64,000 nt of DNA. Source: Mobula hypostoma (Eukaryota). A model generated the notes under the pieces. The model did not search any database, was not told the origin of the DNA, and was given only the letters and a program-made list of their open reading frames with translations. The DNA is taken from positions 59,150,001 to 59,214,000 of the forward strand of contig NC_086108.1 of assembly GCF_963921235.1 (NCBI RefSeq), written 5' to 3'. Shown here piece by piece: positions 1-12,196 of the stretch. Every line of letters begins with the position of its first letter. Within the stretch, counting starts at the first letter, position 1. The translations under genes and the position numbers were made by a program.

Positions 1-121
1 TGTCAGTCTTGGTGGTGAACACTAAAGGTTTGCTAACCCATATTACATTTTGTAATCATGTTAATTGCAGTGCTGTTTAATATGGACAAGTACCAATTCA
101 TCATTTGAAGGAAGATGTAGT

Positions 122-1550
122 TCAGAATCGGGCTTCTTATCACTGACATGTTATGAAAGTTGTTGTCTTGTGGTAGTAATACTGTACAAGACATTAAAAA
201 ATTACTAAAGTTACAATAAAAATTAAAAAAATATATATAGGGCAGAAGAGGAACAGTTAGGAATTGTTAATGGACCATTCAAAAATCTAATGGCAGAGGG
301 GAAGAAGCTGTTTCTATAACATTGAGTGTGGGTCTTCATGCTCCTGTACTTCCTTCTTGTGGCAGTAATGAAAAGAGGGCAGGTCCTGAATGGTGGAGAT
401 CCTTAATGATGACTGCCACCTTCTTGAGACACTGACTTTTGAATATATCCTCGATGGTGGAAGGCTTATGTCCATAATGGTGCTGGGTGACTCTACAACC
501 TACTGCAGTCTCTTTCCATTCTATGCATTGGAGCCTCTATACCACATGGTGATGCAACCAGTCAGAATGCTCTCGACATTTCATTAGTAGCAATTTTCTA
601 GAGTCTTTGATTACTTACCAAACTCCTCAAACTTTCTTTTGGCATGTGCGTGCGTGAACTCCTCAAAAGTCTAATGAAATATAGCCACTGGTGTGCCTTT
701 GTGGTTGCACTAATATGTTGCCTCCAGGATAGAACCTCTGAGATGTTGACACCCAGGAAATTGAATTTGCTGACCCCTTCGTTGAGGACTAGGGTGTATT
801 TTCCAGATTAGCCTTTCTGAAGTTAACAATCAATTTGTTTTTGGTGATTATAGAGTTCAAGGTTGTTGTTGTTGTGTCATCATTCAATCAGCTGATCTAT
901 CTCACTCCATTTGTCTCCTTATCGCCAAATGAGATTCTGCAAACAACAGTGGTGTCATCAGCATATTTCTAGATGGTGTTTGAGTGTAGAGAGAGTAGAG
1001 CAGTGGGCTAAGCATGCACTCTTGTGTACCTGTGTTGCTTGTCAGCAAGGAGGAGATGTTGTTATCAATTTGCTCTGACTGTATTCTCCTGATGAGGAAG
1101 TTAAAGGAGGTAGAGAGGACCAGGTTCTGTGGCTTGTTGATTAGTACTGATGATGTTGAACTCCGAGCTGTGACTGATGTAAGTATTGCTGTTGTCTGGA
1201 TGGTTCAAGGCCAAGTGACAAGTTGGTGAGATTGTGTCCGCTGTAGGCTGGTTGTGGTGGTAGTAAACTGCAGCAAGTCCAGGTCCTCGCTTAAGCAGGT
1301 GTTAATTCTAACCATGACCAACCCCCTGAGGCACCTCATCACAGTAAATATGAGTACTACTGGGAAATGGTCGTTGAGGCAGCTCACCTTTCTCTTCTTG
1401 GGTAATGGTATGATTGATGCTCTTTTGAAGCAGGTGGGAACGTTTGACTGCAGCAGTGACAGGTTGGAGATGTTCTTGAACTCTCCAGCCAGTTGGAAAA
1501 ATAAAATGCTTTCTTTCATTGAGGTGGCTCCAGCACCCTCCTGGCCCTAA
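122..1550 (-). mobile_element. Rex1/Babar-type LINE, 5'-truncated, decayed
   Basis: ORF 1205..1519 (VPTCFKRASIIPLPKKRKVSCLND...) is a Rex1-type RT N-terminus. The 3' tail (reverse complement of GATTCTGA repeats) is at ~122-140. Homologous to the copies at 13197 and 17736. Confidence 0.85.
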
Positions 1551-1789
1551 AACCCTTGGTTGGATTTCACGGCATCTTTGGCAGTGAATGCAGGGGACAC
1601 ATCATTGTGTTGCGGTCTACATAAGTTACTTGAACATTCACCTTCTTGTGACCTTACTCTACAGTGCAAAGATCTGAAAATGTAATTGCTTATGAAAAAC
1701 AGACATGATCAGTTTACCATAATAGAGGTTACAGAAAGTTGTCCTTTGGGAAATAGCAAATGCTGTCTCAAATACGCAGATCGTACCCT

Positions 1790-3205
1790 GAGATCAGAAA
1801 GTAGCAAATACGTCCTTTGATTAATATAGAAGCCTAATGTCAGCTATTGGAAATGTTTTAGAATCCATAATTCAAGGTAAATTAGTGAGCATTTAAAAAT
1901 GCTTAGACGAATCAAGAACAGCCAGCACGAATTCGTTAAAATGGAAATTGTGCTTGACAAATGTAATGACCTTTATTTGTAGAAGTGACCAACTGGATAG
2001 GTAATGGAGATCAGTAATCCACACACATTTTCAGAAGGCATTCAAACAGAACCTCAAGAGAATTGTTACAAAGATGCAGACATATAACAGAAATATAGAA
2101 GCAAGGGTAGAAATGTAGTAAAAGGGAAACAAGCACTCAAGGAAAATGGATATTGCTGAGTTAGGAAAATAACTGGAAAGGGTGTAGTCTAAGCAGAATA
2201 AAAATATTGGTAAGTTATTTGAACTTGGGAAGATGAAAGTCAACATTTACTAACAATGCAAAGACAAGGACGACAGGTAAAATTTATGAAATACAGATCA
2301 ATCCATGGAATAAAAAATTAGAAGCAATTTATTGTGTACACTTTCACTACTTTGGCCATCTTGCTCAACAATGAATTACATTCTTGTTCTAATTAATTAT
2401 TCTGCAAATTTATTATAACTTACATTTAATTTATTTTTCCCTTGTGAATGTTTTGCCTCTAATGCTATTTGCCTGTGATCCTGCTGCAAGTAAGTTATTC
2501 ATTGCACTGGTGCATACAGTACTTGCACAATATGAGAATAAACTCGACTTTGATGTAGTAAAGACAAATTAGGGGCTGCGAAGAAGAGAGTGAGTGTGAG
2601 AATGAGAGAGACAGTTCGAGAGAATAGAATCTAGAGCATGGTTGCATAACGTAAAAGAAAATCTGAATAAAACATTGAGCTTTGTTGATAAGGAGATGAA
2701 ATTGAAAGTCAGGATAGTGCTGTATCATTTGGCCGTAAGTACTAAATCTGTCTAATAAGGACTGGACCTTGGGAAAGCAGTATTGACTGAGAAAGAAATG
2801 GGATGTAGATTCACTGACATAATTTACTACTTTGAGGTCAGACAATATGAAAACAGATGCATTAATTTGTTTTATATCCCTTTATGTTTACTAGATCAAG
2901 GGTATCTAACGTGCATGTATAAAGTTACGGGTTCAATAAAGGATATTCAGAAAAAATACTTCTGGTAGAACCAAGGGAGAAAAATGTTCACAATTTTAAA
3001 ATTACGGCTCAGTAATTAGGAATGAATTTCAGAGGACATTTCACAAATGGGTTGGTAGAAAGCTGGAACGCAATTGGACATATGATTGAGGTGAGTATGT
3101 ATCAACTGAAAATATAAATATGCACATTAACAGACTTTGTTATGTAAGGGTATCAAGCACTACGCAACTATTTCAGAGTCAAACGCAGATCAGATTTAAT
3201 CGCAG
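1790..3205 (+). mobile_element. Old, highly degenerate CR1 LINE fragment (RT to 3' UTR), interrupted by a LINE-tail fragment at ~2335-2555
   Basis: Decayed matches to the QHGF..KSCLTN and FQKAF coding segments and to the 3' region of the CR1 copies elsewhere in the window. Confidence 0.6.
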
Positions 3206-3209
3206 AAAC

Positions 3210-4560
3210 CATAGGACAATAATCCATAAGTGAACAATAAGGCCAGTCGGCCCATTGAGTCTGATCCACCATTTCATCCAGCTGATTTATTAACCCTTTC
3301 AACATCATTCTCCTACTTTGTACCTGTAACCTTCACTAATGCTTTGATTAATCAAGAAACTATCAACCTCTGCTTTAAATATACCGAATGATCTGGCCTT
3401 CACAGATCTCTGTGGCAATGACATCCCGCGATTCATCACCCTCTGGCTGAAGAAAATCTCCTCATCTCTGTATTAATGTTCTAAAGGAATGTCCTTCTAT
3501 TCTGAGGCTATGCCCTCTGGTTTTAGTCTCCCCTACTATAGGAAATATCCTCTCTATGTTCACTCTATATAGGCCTTTCAATATTTGTTAAGTTCCCCCT
3601 TCATCTTCTAAACTCCAGCGAGTACAGGCCCAGAGCCATCAAATGCTCATATATCAACCATTTCATTCCTGGGATCATTTTCATGAACCTCCTCTAGACC
3701 CTCTCCAATGCCAGCACATCCTTTCTAGATAAGGGATCTAAAACTGTTCACAATACTCCAAATGCAACCTGACTAATGTCTTGTAGAGCCTCAGCATAAC
3801 ATCCTTGCTATTATATTCTACTCCTCTTGAAATGAATGCTATCATTGCATTTGCCTTCCTTTAAAATGACTTAACCTGCAGGTTCACCTTTCGGGAGTTC
3901 TGCACAAGGTCTCCAAAGTCCCTCTGCACTTCCAATTTCTGAATTTTCTCTCTGTTTAGAAAATAGTCTACATCTTTTATTCCTTCTACCAAATTCCATG
4001 ACCATACCCTTCCCTACACTTTATTTGATCTGACACTTCTTTGCTCATTCTCCTAATCCATCTAAATCCTTCTGCAGACTCCCTGCTTCCTTAATGCTAC
4101 CAGGCGCTCCACCTATTTTTGTAATCTCTGCAAACATGGCCACAAAGCCGTCAATTTCATCAACCAAATCATTGGCATATAACATAAAAAGAAGTAATCC
4201 CAATGGCAACCCCTGTGGAACACCACTAGTCACTGGCAGCAAACCAGAAAAGACCCCTTTTATTCCCACTCTTCGTCTTCTGCCAATCTTCTATCCATGC
4301 AACACACGCAAAATGCTGGAGGAACTCAGCAAGCCAGGCAGCAATCTTCTTTCTATGTTAGTATCTTTCCTGTAATACCACGGGCTCTTATCTTGTTTAG
4401 CAGCTTTATGTGTAGTAACTTGTCAAAGGTTTTCTGAAAATCCAAGTAAACAACATCCATTGATACTCTTTTGTCTATCCTGCCTGTTATTTCCTCAAAG
4501 AATTCCAGCAAATTTGTCAGGCAAGATTTTTCCTTAAGGAAACCATGCTGACTTATGGCC
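3210..4560 (-). mobile_element. CR1 LINE 3' fragment
   Basis: ORF 4045..4269 (VTSGVPQG...FAEITKIGG) is the RT core. Collinear with the 6562-7900 part of the younger CR1. Confidence 0.9.
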
Positions 4561-4981
4561 TCTAAAAGGTCAGTAAAAACTCAGGGATGAATGCCTTGCT
4601 TGTGGGCTTCTATACTCAGTGCATATGAAATCTAGTATACCAAATGTCGTTTTAATTAAGTAAAGTATTCCTGATGGAAGGAACAAAGCTAACATTTCAA
4701 AAATATTAAGTGAAATATCGTATGAAAATGTCTTTATGTCCACAGAGGTTGCCTGACGTGCTGTGTATGTATTTTGATCACTTTTCATTTTTTATTTCAC
4801 ATTTTTGGCATATATTGTTTTTGTATTTTTGAACACCCTTGTTTCAGTTTTCATTTCTAAATTTGCATTTCTAATGCTTTAGCTCCTCATTTCAGAGGGA
4901 GTGTGTTTGTCTCACTCTCACTCACAGAGTGCTTGCACCCCTAGGCAAAGAGCTGTTTCTCAGGATCCAGCTTTCACTTAC

Positions 4982-5044
4982 TCGGCCATTCCTCCCAACT
5001 TCCTCCACTCACGCCTCCAGTCTCTGGTCCCCTGTGCCAAAGGT
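4982..5044 (-). other. Candidate 63-bp host exon, gene unknown
   Basis: On the minus strand: acceptor ttctgctgcattttAG, 63 nt of purine-rich unique sequence, donor GA|GTAAGTG. Two frames are open, and one contains ATG in a GGAATGG Kozak context. Confidence 0.4.
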
Positions 5045-5284
5045 CTAAAATGCAGCAGAATATGTCTTAATTAATCAAAATGGAATTCAATCTGATTAAA
5101 TTTCCCAATGACATTAACAAACGCTGACAAACTAAGAAATTCCCATTTGATCTTAAGTGTCAGAATTGAATGACTATGAATCTGATATTTGCTTGAATTA
5201 ATTAAAACTGTGTGGTTAGGAGCCTACTTATGATTCTGGGAGATAGTTCAAGCAGTACATATATTTGAATTTCTTTTAACTTAA

Positions 5285-5495
5285 AGATACCGACCTTTCT
5301 GTCCCAATAAGCTCGTGCCGCCCAGTTACACCCATGTGACCAATTAATCTACTAACGCTTACATCTTTGGGCTGTAGAAGGGAAGTGAAGCATCCAGAGG
5401 AAACCCCCACGGTCGCAGGGAGAGCATACAAACATATAGGTAGCAGCCGAACTGAACCCGGATACCATTACACTCACTGTTGCGCTACAATGCCA
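5285..5495 (-). mobile_element. V-domain (HE1-like) tRNA SINE, degenerate
   Basis: Minus strand has a B-box remnant (gggttcagttc) followed by a V-domain-like gtttcctctggatgcttcacttcccttctacagcccaaagatgt. Confidence 0.6.
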
Positions 5496-5570
5496 CACAT
5501 AAAAAAATTAAATCAAGTATATTTCAGGGCTATAGATTAACCATTAATTACTATCAGGGTCAGTTTTCCT

Positions 5571-5672
5571 AGTCCTGCTGAAGGGTTTCAGCCTAAAATG
5601 TCAACTGTTTGTTTCCCTCCATAGATGCTGCCCGGCCTCCTGGGTTCCTCCAGCATCTTGTGTGTGTTACTC
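5571..5672 (+). mobile_element. Penelope-like pLTR fragment with decayed hammerhead motif
   Basis: agtc-CTGCTGA-agggtttcagcct-AAAA-tgtc-aactg, followed by the pLTR 3' sequence shared with 14764, 20612 and 49776. Confidence 0.7.
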
Positions 5673-5729
5673 AGTATCTGTACAATGTAATTGTCCCACT
5701 GAGTAGAAGGATGCTCTAACACTGTGATA

Positions 5730-6560
5730 AACAACATATTGATGGCAAGTACAAAGAAGGCATGGCAGCATCTATATTTCATTAAGGGTTTGAGGAGACT
5801 TGGTATGTCACCGAAGACTTGAGCACTTTTCAACAGATGTACAGTGGAGAGCATTCTAACTGGCTGCATCATCATCTGCTATGGAGGGGCCACTGTGCAG
5901 GATCAGAAAAAGCTGCAGAAAGTTGCAAACTCTGCCAACTCCACTATTGACACTAGTCTCCCCAGTGCTGGGGTCATCTTCTTAAGCTGATGCCTCAAAA
6001 AAGGTGGCATTCATCATTAGGATCCCTTTCATCCAGGACATGCCCTCTTCTCATTGCTACCATCAAGGAGGAGGGTTCAGGAGCCTGAAACACTCAATGT
6101 TTTAGGAACAGCTTCTCCCTCTTCACCATCAGGATTCTGAATAGACATTGAACACGTATACTACCTCACATATTTTTCCCTTTTTCCTCTCCCTTTGCAC
6201 TAATAATTTGATTTAATGTTTTATATAGAGCTCTGTGGTTGATCTTCTCCACACCTTGGGGCACATTGGACAGCAGCCTTGCTGTTGCTTCAGCGTCTGT
6301 CTGTTTTTTTTACGAGGCCGAGTTGCTAGCTCGATGCTCAACCCAGCGCAGATGCAAAGCGTGCAAGGAGCTGACCAGATTTGAACCCGGAACCACTCAC
6401 CTTGAAGTCCGGTGCGGATGTCGCTACACCACCATCTGGCCACATATAACTCTTACTGTAATTTATATTTCTTTATTATGTATTGTAATGTACTACTGCT
6501 GCAAAACAACAAATTTCGCCACATATGCCAATGATATCAAACCTGGTTCTGATTCTGAAT
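5730..6560 (+). mobile_element. Rex1/Babar LINE 3' fragment, interrupted by a SINE
   Basis: Codes for decayed LYFI..L..YRCTVESILT. Ends in aaacctggttctgattctga. Confidence 0.85.
6230..6442 (-). mobile_element. tRNA-derived SINE
   Basis: Minus strand has an A-box-like tggtgtagcg and a B-box ggttcaaatc. The body is homologous to 49282-49536. Confidence 0.7.
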
Positions 6561-6699
6561 CCATAAGACCATAAGACAAAGGAGCAGAAGTCGGCCACTC
6601 GGCCCATCGAGTCTGCTCTGCCATTTTATCATGAGCTGAAAAGGCCTGTTTCTGTGCTGTAGTTTCTATGGTTTCTATGGTTATGATCTATTCTCCCAT

Positions 6700-9530
6700 T
6701 TAGTCCCACTCGCCCGCCTTCTCACCATAACCTTTGTTGCCCTGGCTACTCAGATACCTATCAATTTCTGCCTTAAATACACCCAATGACTTGGCCTCCA
6801 CTGCTGCCCGTGGCAACAAATTCCATAGATTCACCACTCTCTGACTAAAAAAATTTCTTTGCATTTCTGTTCTGAAAGGGCGCCCTTCAATCCTGAAGTC
6901 ATGCCCTCTCGTACTAGACTCCCCCATCATGGGAAACAACTTTGCCACATCCACTCTGTCCATACCTTTTAACATTGGAAATGTTCCTATGAGGTCTCCC
7001 CTCATTCTTCTAATCTCCAAGGAATACAGTCCAAGAGCGGACAAACGTTCCTCATATGTTAACGCTCTCATTCCCGGAATCATTCTAGTGAATCTTCTCT
7101 GTACCCTCTCCAACGTCAGCACATCCTTTCTTAAATAAGGAGACCAAAACTGCCCACAGTACTCCAAATGAGGTCTCACCAGCGCCTTATAGAGCCTCAA
7201 CATCACATCCCTGCTCCTATACTCTATTCCTCTAGAAATGAATGCCAACATTGCATTCGCCTTCTTCACTACTGACTCAACCTGGAAGTTAACTTTAAGG
7301 GAATCCTGTACGAGGACTCCCAAGTCCCGTTGCATCTCAGAACTTTGAATTCTTTCCCCATTTAAATAATAGTCTGCCCGTTTATTTTTTCTGCCAAAGT
7401 GCATAACCATACATTTTCCAACATTGTACTTCATTTGCCACTTCTCTGCCCATTCTTCCAATCTATCCAAGTCTCTCTGCAGACTCTCCGTTTGCTCAGC
7501 ACTACCGGCCCCTCCACCTATCTTCGTATCGTCAGCAAACTTAGCCACAAAGCCATCTATTCCATAATCCAAATCGTTGATGTACAATGTAAAAAAAAGC
7601 GGCCCCAACACTGATCCCTGTGGAACACCACTGGTAACCGGCAGCCAACCAGAATAGGATCCCTTTATTCCCACTCTCTGTTTCCTGCCAATCAGCCAAC
7701 GCTCTATCCATGTATGTAACTTTCCCGTAATTCCATGGGCTCTTATCTTGTTAAGTAGCCTCATGTGTGGCACCTTGTCAAAGGCCTGCTGAAAATCCAA
7801 ATATACAACATCCACTGCCTCTCCCTTGTCTAGCCTACATTCCTCAGAAAATTGCAATAGGTTTCTCAGGCAGGATTTTCCTTTAACGAAACCATGCTGA
7901 GTTCTGCCTATCTTGTCATATGCCTCCAGGTACTCCGTAACCTCAACCTTGACAATCGACTTCAACAACTTCCCAACCACCGATGTCAAGCTAACAGGTC
8001 TATAATTTCCTTTTTGCTTCCTTGCCCCCTTCTTAAATAGCGGAGTGACATTTGTAATCTTCCAGTATTCCCGAACCATGCTAAAATCTATTGACTTTTG
8101 AAAGATCATTGCTAATGCCTCCGCAATCTCCACAGCAACTTCTTTCAGAACACGAGGGTGCATTCCATCTGGTTTGGGAGATTTATCTACCCTTAGAATA
8201 TCCAGCTTCCTGAGTACTTTCTCTGTTGTAATTGTGACTGCGCACACTTCTGTTCGCTGACAGCCTTGAGTATCTGATATACTGCTGATGTCTTCCTCAG
8301 TGAAGACTGATGCAAAATACTTGTTCAGTTCCTCCACCATCCCCTTATCTCCCATTACAATTTTTCCAGCATCACTTTCTATTGGCCCTATATCTACTCT
8401 CACCTGTCTTCTACTCTTTATATACTTGAAAAGGCTTTTAGTATCCTCTTTCATATTATTTGCTAGTTTCCTTCCATAGTTCATCTTTTCCCTCTTAATG
8501 ACCTTCTTAGTTTCCTTTTGTAAGGTTTTAAAAACTTCCCAATCCTCTGTCTTCCCACTAATTTTTGCTTCCTTGTGTGCCCTCTCCTTTGCTTTAACTT
8601 TGGCTTTGACTTCTCTTGTCAGCCACGGTTGCATCCTTTTTCCATTCGAAAATTTCTTCTTTTTTGGAATATATCTGTCTTGCACCTTCCTCACTTCTCG
8701 CATAAACTCCAGCCACTGCTGCTCTGCCGTCCTTCCCGCTAGTGTCCCTTTCCAGTCAACTTTGGCCAGTTCCGCTCTCATGTCACTGTAATTTCCTTTA
8801 CTCCACTGAAATACCGACACATCAGATTTCGGCTTCTCTTTCTCAAATTTCACAGTGAACTCAATCATGTTATGATCACTGCCTCCTAAGGGTTCCATAT
8901 CCTCTGGTTCATTACACAATACCCAATCCAGTACAGCCAATCCCCTAGTGGCCTCAACAACAAGCTGTTCTAAAAAGCCATCTCATAGACATTCTACAAA
9001 TTCTCGCTCTTGAGATCCAGTGCCGACCTGATTTTTCCAATCCACTCGCTGTTAAAATCCCCCTCAATTATCATAACACTGCCCTTCTGACAAGCCTTTT
9101 CTATTTCCTGTTGTAATTTATAGTCCACATCACTGCAGCTGTTTGGAGGCCTATAAATAACTGCCATCAGGGTCCTTTTACCCCTGCGATTTCTTAGCTC
9201 AACCCATAAAGATTCTGCACCTTCCAATCCTGTGTCACCTCTTTCTAATGATTTAATATCATTTATTACCAATAAAGCCACGCCACCCCCTCTGCCTACC
9301 TTCCTATCCTTCCGATACACCGTGTATCCTTGGACGTTCAGCTCCTGGAGACATGCATCATTTAGCCACATCTCAGTGACAATAGCCACAATATCACACC
9401 TGCCAATCTGTAGCTGTACGACAAGATCATCCACTTTATTCCTTATGCTGTGTGCATTTAAGTATAACACCTTAAGTCCAGTATTTGGTACTTTTTGCTT
9501 TGATTGCACTGCAACTTTATTGCATTGCAA
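6700..9530 (-). pseudogene. CR1 ORF2 (AP endonuclease + reverse transcriptase), frameshifted near 9050
   Basis: APE motifs LNAHS, GGGVA, YRPP, GDFN, SDH. RT motifs QHGF, YLDF..AFDKV, GVPQGSVLGP, FADD. Split between ORFs 8994..9530 and 6700..8940. Confidence 0.95.
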
Positions 9531-9664
9531 CTAATCCCAATGGCTGTAAATTTGCCCTATCACCTGCCTGTCCTTCCTGACATCTTTACTGCTCACTATC
9601 TTAGATTTATTTCTGTTTTCCCCCTCCTCTGCTCTATCATTCCAGTTCCCATCCCCCTGCCAAA

Positions 9665-10600
9665 TTAGTTTAAACCCTCCCTAACAGCTCTATTAAACCT
9701 TCCCACCAGGATATTGGTCCCCTTCGGGTTCAGGTGTAACCCATCCTTTTTGAACAGGTTATACTTGCCCCAGAAGAGATCCCAATGATCCAAGAATCTG
9801 ATGCCCTGCCCCCTGCACCAGTCTCTCAGCCACGCATTCATCTGCCTGATCCTACTATTCTAACCCTGTCAAGCACGTGGCACAGGTAGCAATCCTGAGA
9901 TTACTACCCTGGAGGTCCTGCTTCTCAACTTCCTTCCTAACTCCCGGAAATCTCTCTTCAGGACCTCCTCCCTTTTCCTATCTATGTCATTGGTACCAAC
10001 ATGTACCAAGACAGCTGGCTGCTCGCCCTTTCCCTTCAGAATATTCTGGACCTGATCTGAGACATCCCGTACCCTGACACCTGGGAGGCAACACAACATG
10101 TGTGTGTCTCTATCAGGCCCACAGAATCTCCTGTCTGTTCCCCTGACCTTGGAATCCCCTGTGACTACCGCATTCCTTTTCTCCCTCCTTCCCTCCTGCA
10201 CAACAGCGCTAGGCTCAGTGCCAGAGACCCGGTCACCATGGGTGTCCCCTGTCAGGTCATCCCCTCAACAGCATCCAAAATGAGATACTTGTTGCTGAGG
10301 TGGGCAGCCAATGTGGTGCTCTCCACTTTCTGGGCATTTCCCTTCCCTCTCCTGATAGTCACCCAGTTTTTTGACCCCTGTAGCCTAGGGATGACTACCT
10401 CCCTGTAGCTCCTGTCTATCACCTCTTCACTTTCCCTAATAAGCCAGTAGGTCATCAAGCTGCAGCTCCAGATCCCTAACACGGTCTCTGAGGAGCTGCA
10501 TCTCGGTGCACCTGGCGCAGATGTGGCCATCAGGGAGGCTGGATGTCTCCCAGGATGCCCACATCTGACACCCTGAACAAAGCACTAACCCTGCAGACAT
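9665..10600 (-). pseudogene. CR1 ORF1 (CxxC-CxxC zinc finger, leucine zipper, SGNH esterase), disrupted
   Basis: ATG at 10600 reads MSAGLVLCSGCQMW...HICARC..MQLLRDRVRDLELQLDDL. GDS and HVGTND esterase blocks are in ORF 9869..10201. Stop TAA at 9665. Confidence 0.9.
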
Positions 10601-10763
10601 GCTACCTAATTCTACAGGAGTGAAACAAGTAAAAGGGAGTATTTACTTCCAGCACTCCTGTGCTTTGCATGATTTTCAATGGTTTCATAAGTCTGATGTG
10701 TGGCAAGTAGCATTGGTGCTACCTAAGTGCAATGCAATGTCCATCCGCAACAGATTAATCACT

Positions 10764-11196
10764 TGTCAGTACCTCCAGTTGAACTCTGTCTTTTGCCCCC
10801 AGCCGTCATTCTGTGTTTTTGTATTGCCGTGTTCTCTCGTTTGTTTTCATTCCCCATGTGCTCCTGTCTCCACCCCTGCTCTATTCCGGCCCCTGTATCA
10901 CTGAGTACGCCACCCTCACCTATTTCCCATTATTACCTGTAGCCACATGTGTCTTATTGTGCTCTGCCCCTCTGTTTATTGCTCAGTACATTTCAGTCCT
11001 GTGTTTTCACCTGTTTGTTGCCAGATTGTGCCAGTGAGTTTTCCTGATTCTGATTTTTGGATTTCTCTGGATGTTTTGATCTCTGCCTGAACTTTGACGC
11101 CGACTTTGTTTGCACCTCCGGAATTGTTACTCAATAAATATCAAAGGGTGTACAGTACTTGGCCTGCAATTGGGTCCCTGCTCCAGCACCCCGACA
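10764..11196 (+). mobile_element. Solo LTR (Gypsy-type), 433 bp
   Basis: Ends TGTCAG...CCGACA. Has AATAAA and a tgggtcc motif near the 3' end. 5-bp TSD TCACT/TCATT. Confidence 0.8.
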
Positions 11197-11394
11197 TCAT
11201 TGCCTAACCATCTACGTTTGACATTCAATGGCATTATAATCAAGACTCCACCACCAACATCCTAGGGTTATTGCTGATTAGAAAGTGAACTGAGCTAGCT
11301 GCATCGATATTGTACCCACAAGAGCAAGCCAGAGGCTTAGTCTTTTGTGGCAGGTGTGTGTTCTGATGGCTCTAAGATGTTCCAGCATCAACAT

Positions 11395-11910
11395 AGCATA
11401 TAGAGCCAGAATAATACAGCATGGAAACAGGCTCTTTGGCTCAATTCACCAATACTAGCAAGTCCTATATCTCTCTAATACAGGTGTTCTCAGCCTTTTT
11501 TTATGCCACGGAGCCTCACCATTAAGTGAGGGGTCTATGGACCCTAGATTCAGAACCCCAGCTCCAATAATTTCCATATGCTTATCCAAATGCTGGTATT
11601 GCAACTGCATCAAATACTTTCTCTGACAGCATGTTCTATAAACACACTACCATCTGCATGAAGAAGTTTCTCGCTCATCTTAAATCTATGGCAACAAATG
11701 TTTGGTTCCCTTTCTCTGGGATAAAGACTGCATGCATTGACTCTATCTATGCCCCTCTTGATTTTATCAACATCCAGAAGGACCATCCCCCTCCCCCTTA
11801 TGCTCCAGGGAAATAGAAAATAGTCCTCGCCTTTCCCGTTTCTCCCTGTAACCCAGGCCCTCGAGTCCCAGCACTAATTTCATAAATTTTCTTTTCACTC
11901 TTTCCAGCTT
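11395..11910 (-). mobile_element. CR1 3' fragment, degenerate
   Basis: ORF 11767..11949 contains LERVKRKFMKLVLGLEGLGYRE. A CR1-type 3' end lies at ~11395-11440. Confidence 0.7.
11481..11561. mobile_element. hAT (Charlie-type) MITE, 81 bp
   Basis: Imperfect TIRs CAGGTGTTCT...AGAACCCCAG. 8-bp TSD CTCTAATA/CTCCAATA. Confidence 0.75.
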
Positions 11911-12131
11911 TATGTTAGGAATGGGATGGAATACTCCCTCCTCATCCAAATTACTGCGGCTCCAACAATACTAAGGAATCTCGACACTAAGCACGACAAA
12001 GTAGTCTGCTTCAAAGTACAGTAGTTTGAAGCAAAACAGCTGTATAAAGTGGCCCGCGAATCCCTGCAAGTCCACCGGGGAAGTGGTCCTGAGACCACTG
12101 GAAGCTGGATGCCTGTCCTGGGGTTAAAGGG

Positions 12132-12132
<1 letters not shown>

Positions 12133-12182
<50 letters not shown>

Positions 12183-12196
12183 TGTGTGTGTGTGTG
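12133..12196. repeat. (TG)n microsatellite inside a SINE-like element (~12015-12400)
   Basis: Direct reading; one TA interruption. Confidence 0.98.

Larger units (their letters stand above)
6562..10650 (-). mobile_element. Near full-length CR1 LINE (ORF1 and ORF2, both disrupted)
   Basis: Contains ORF1 zinc finger/leucine zipper plus SGNH esterase, ORF2 APE plus RT, a 3' UTR and a (TCTTATGG)n tail at ~6562-6576. Confidence 0.97.
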
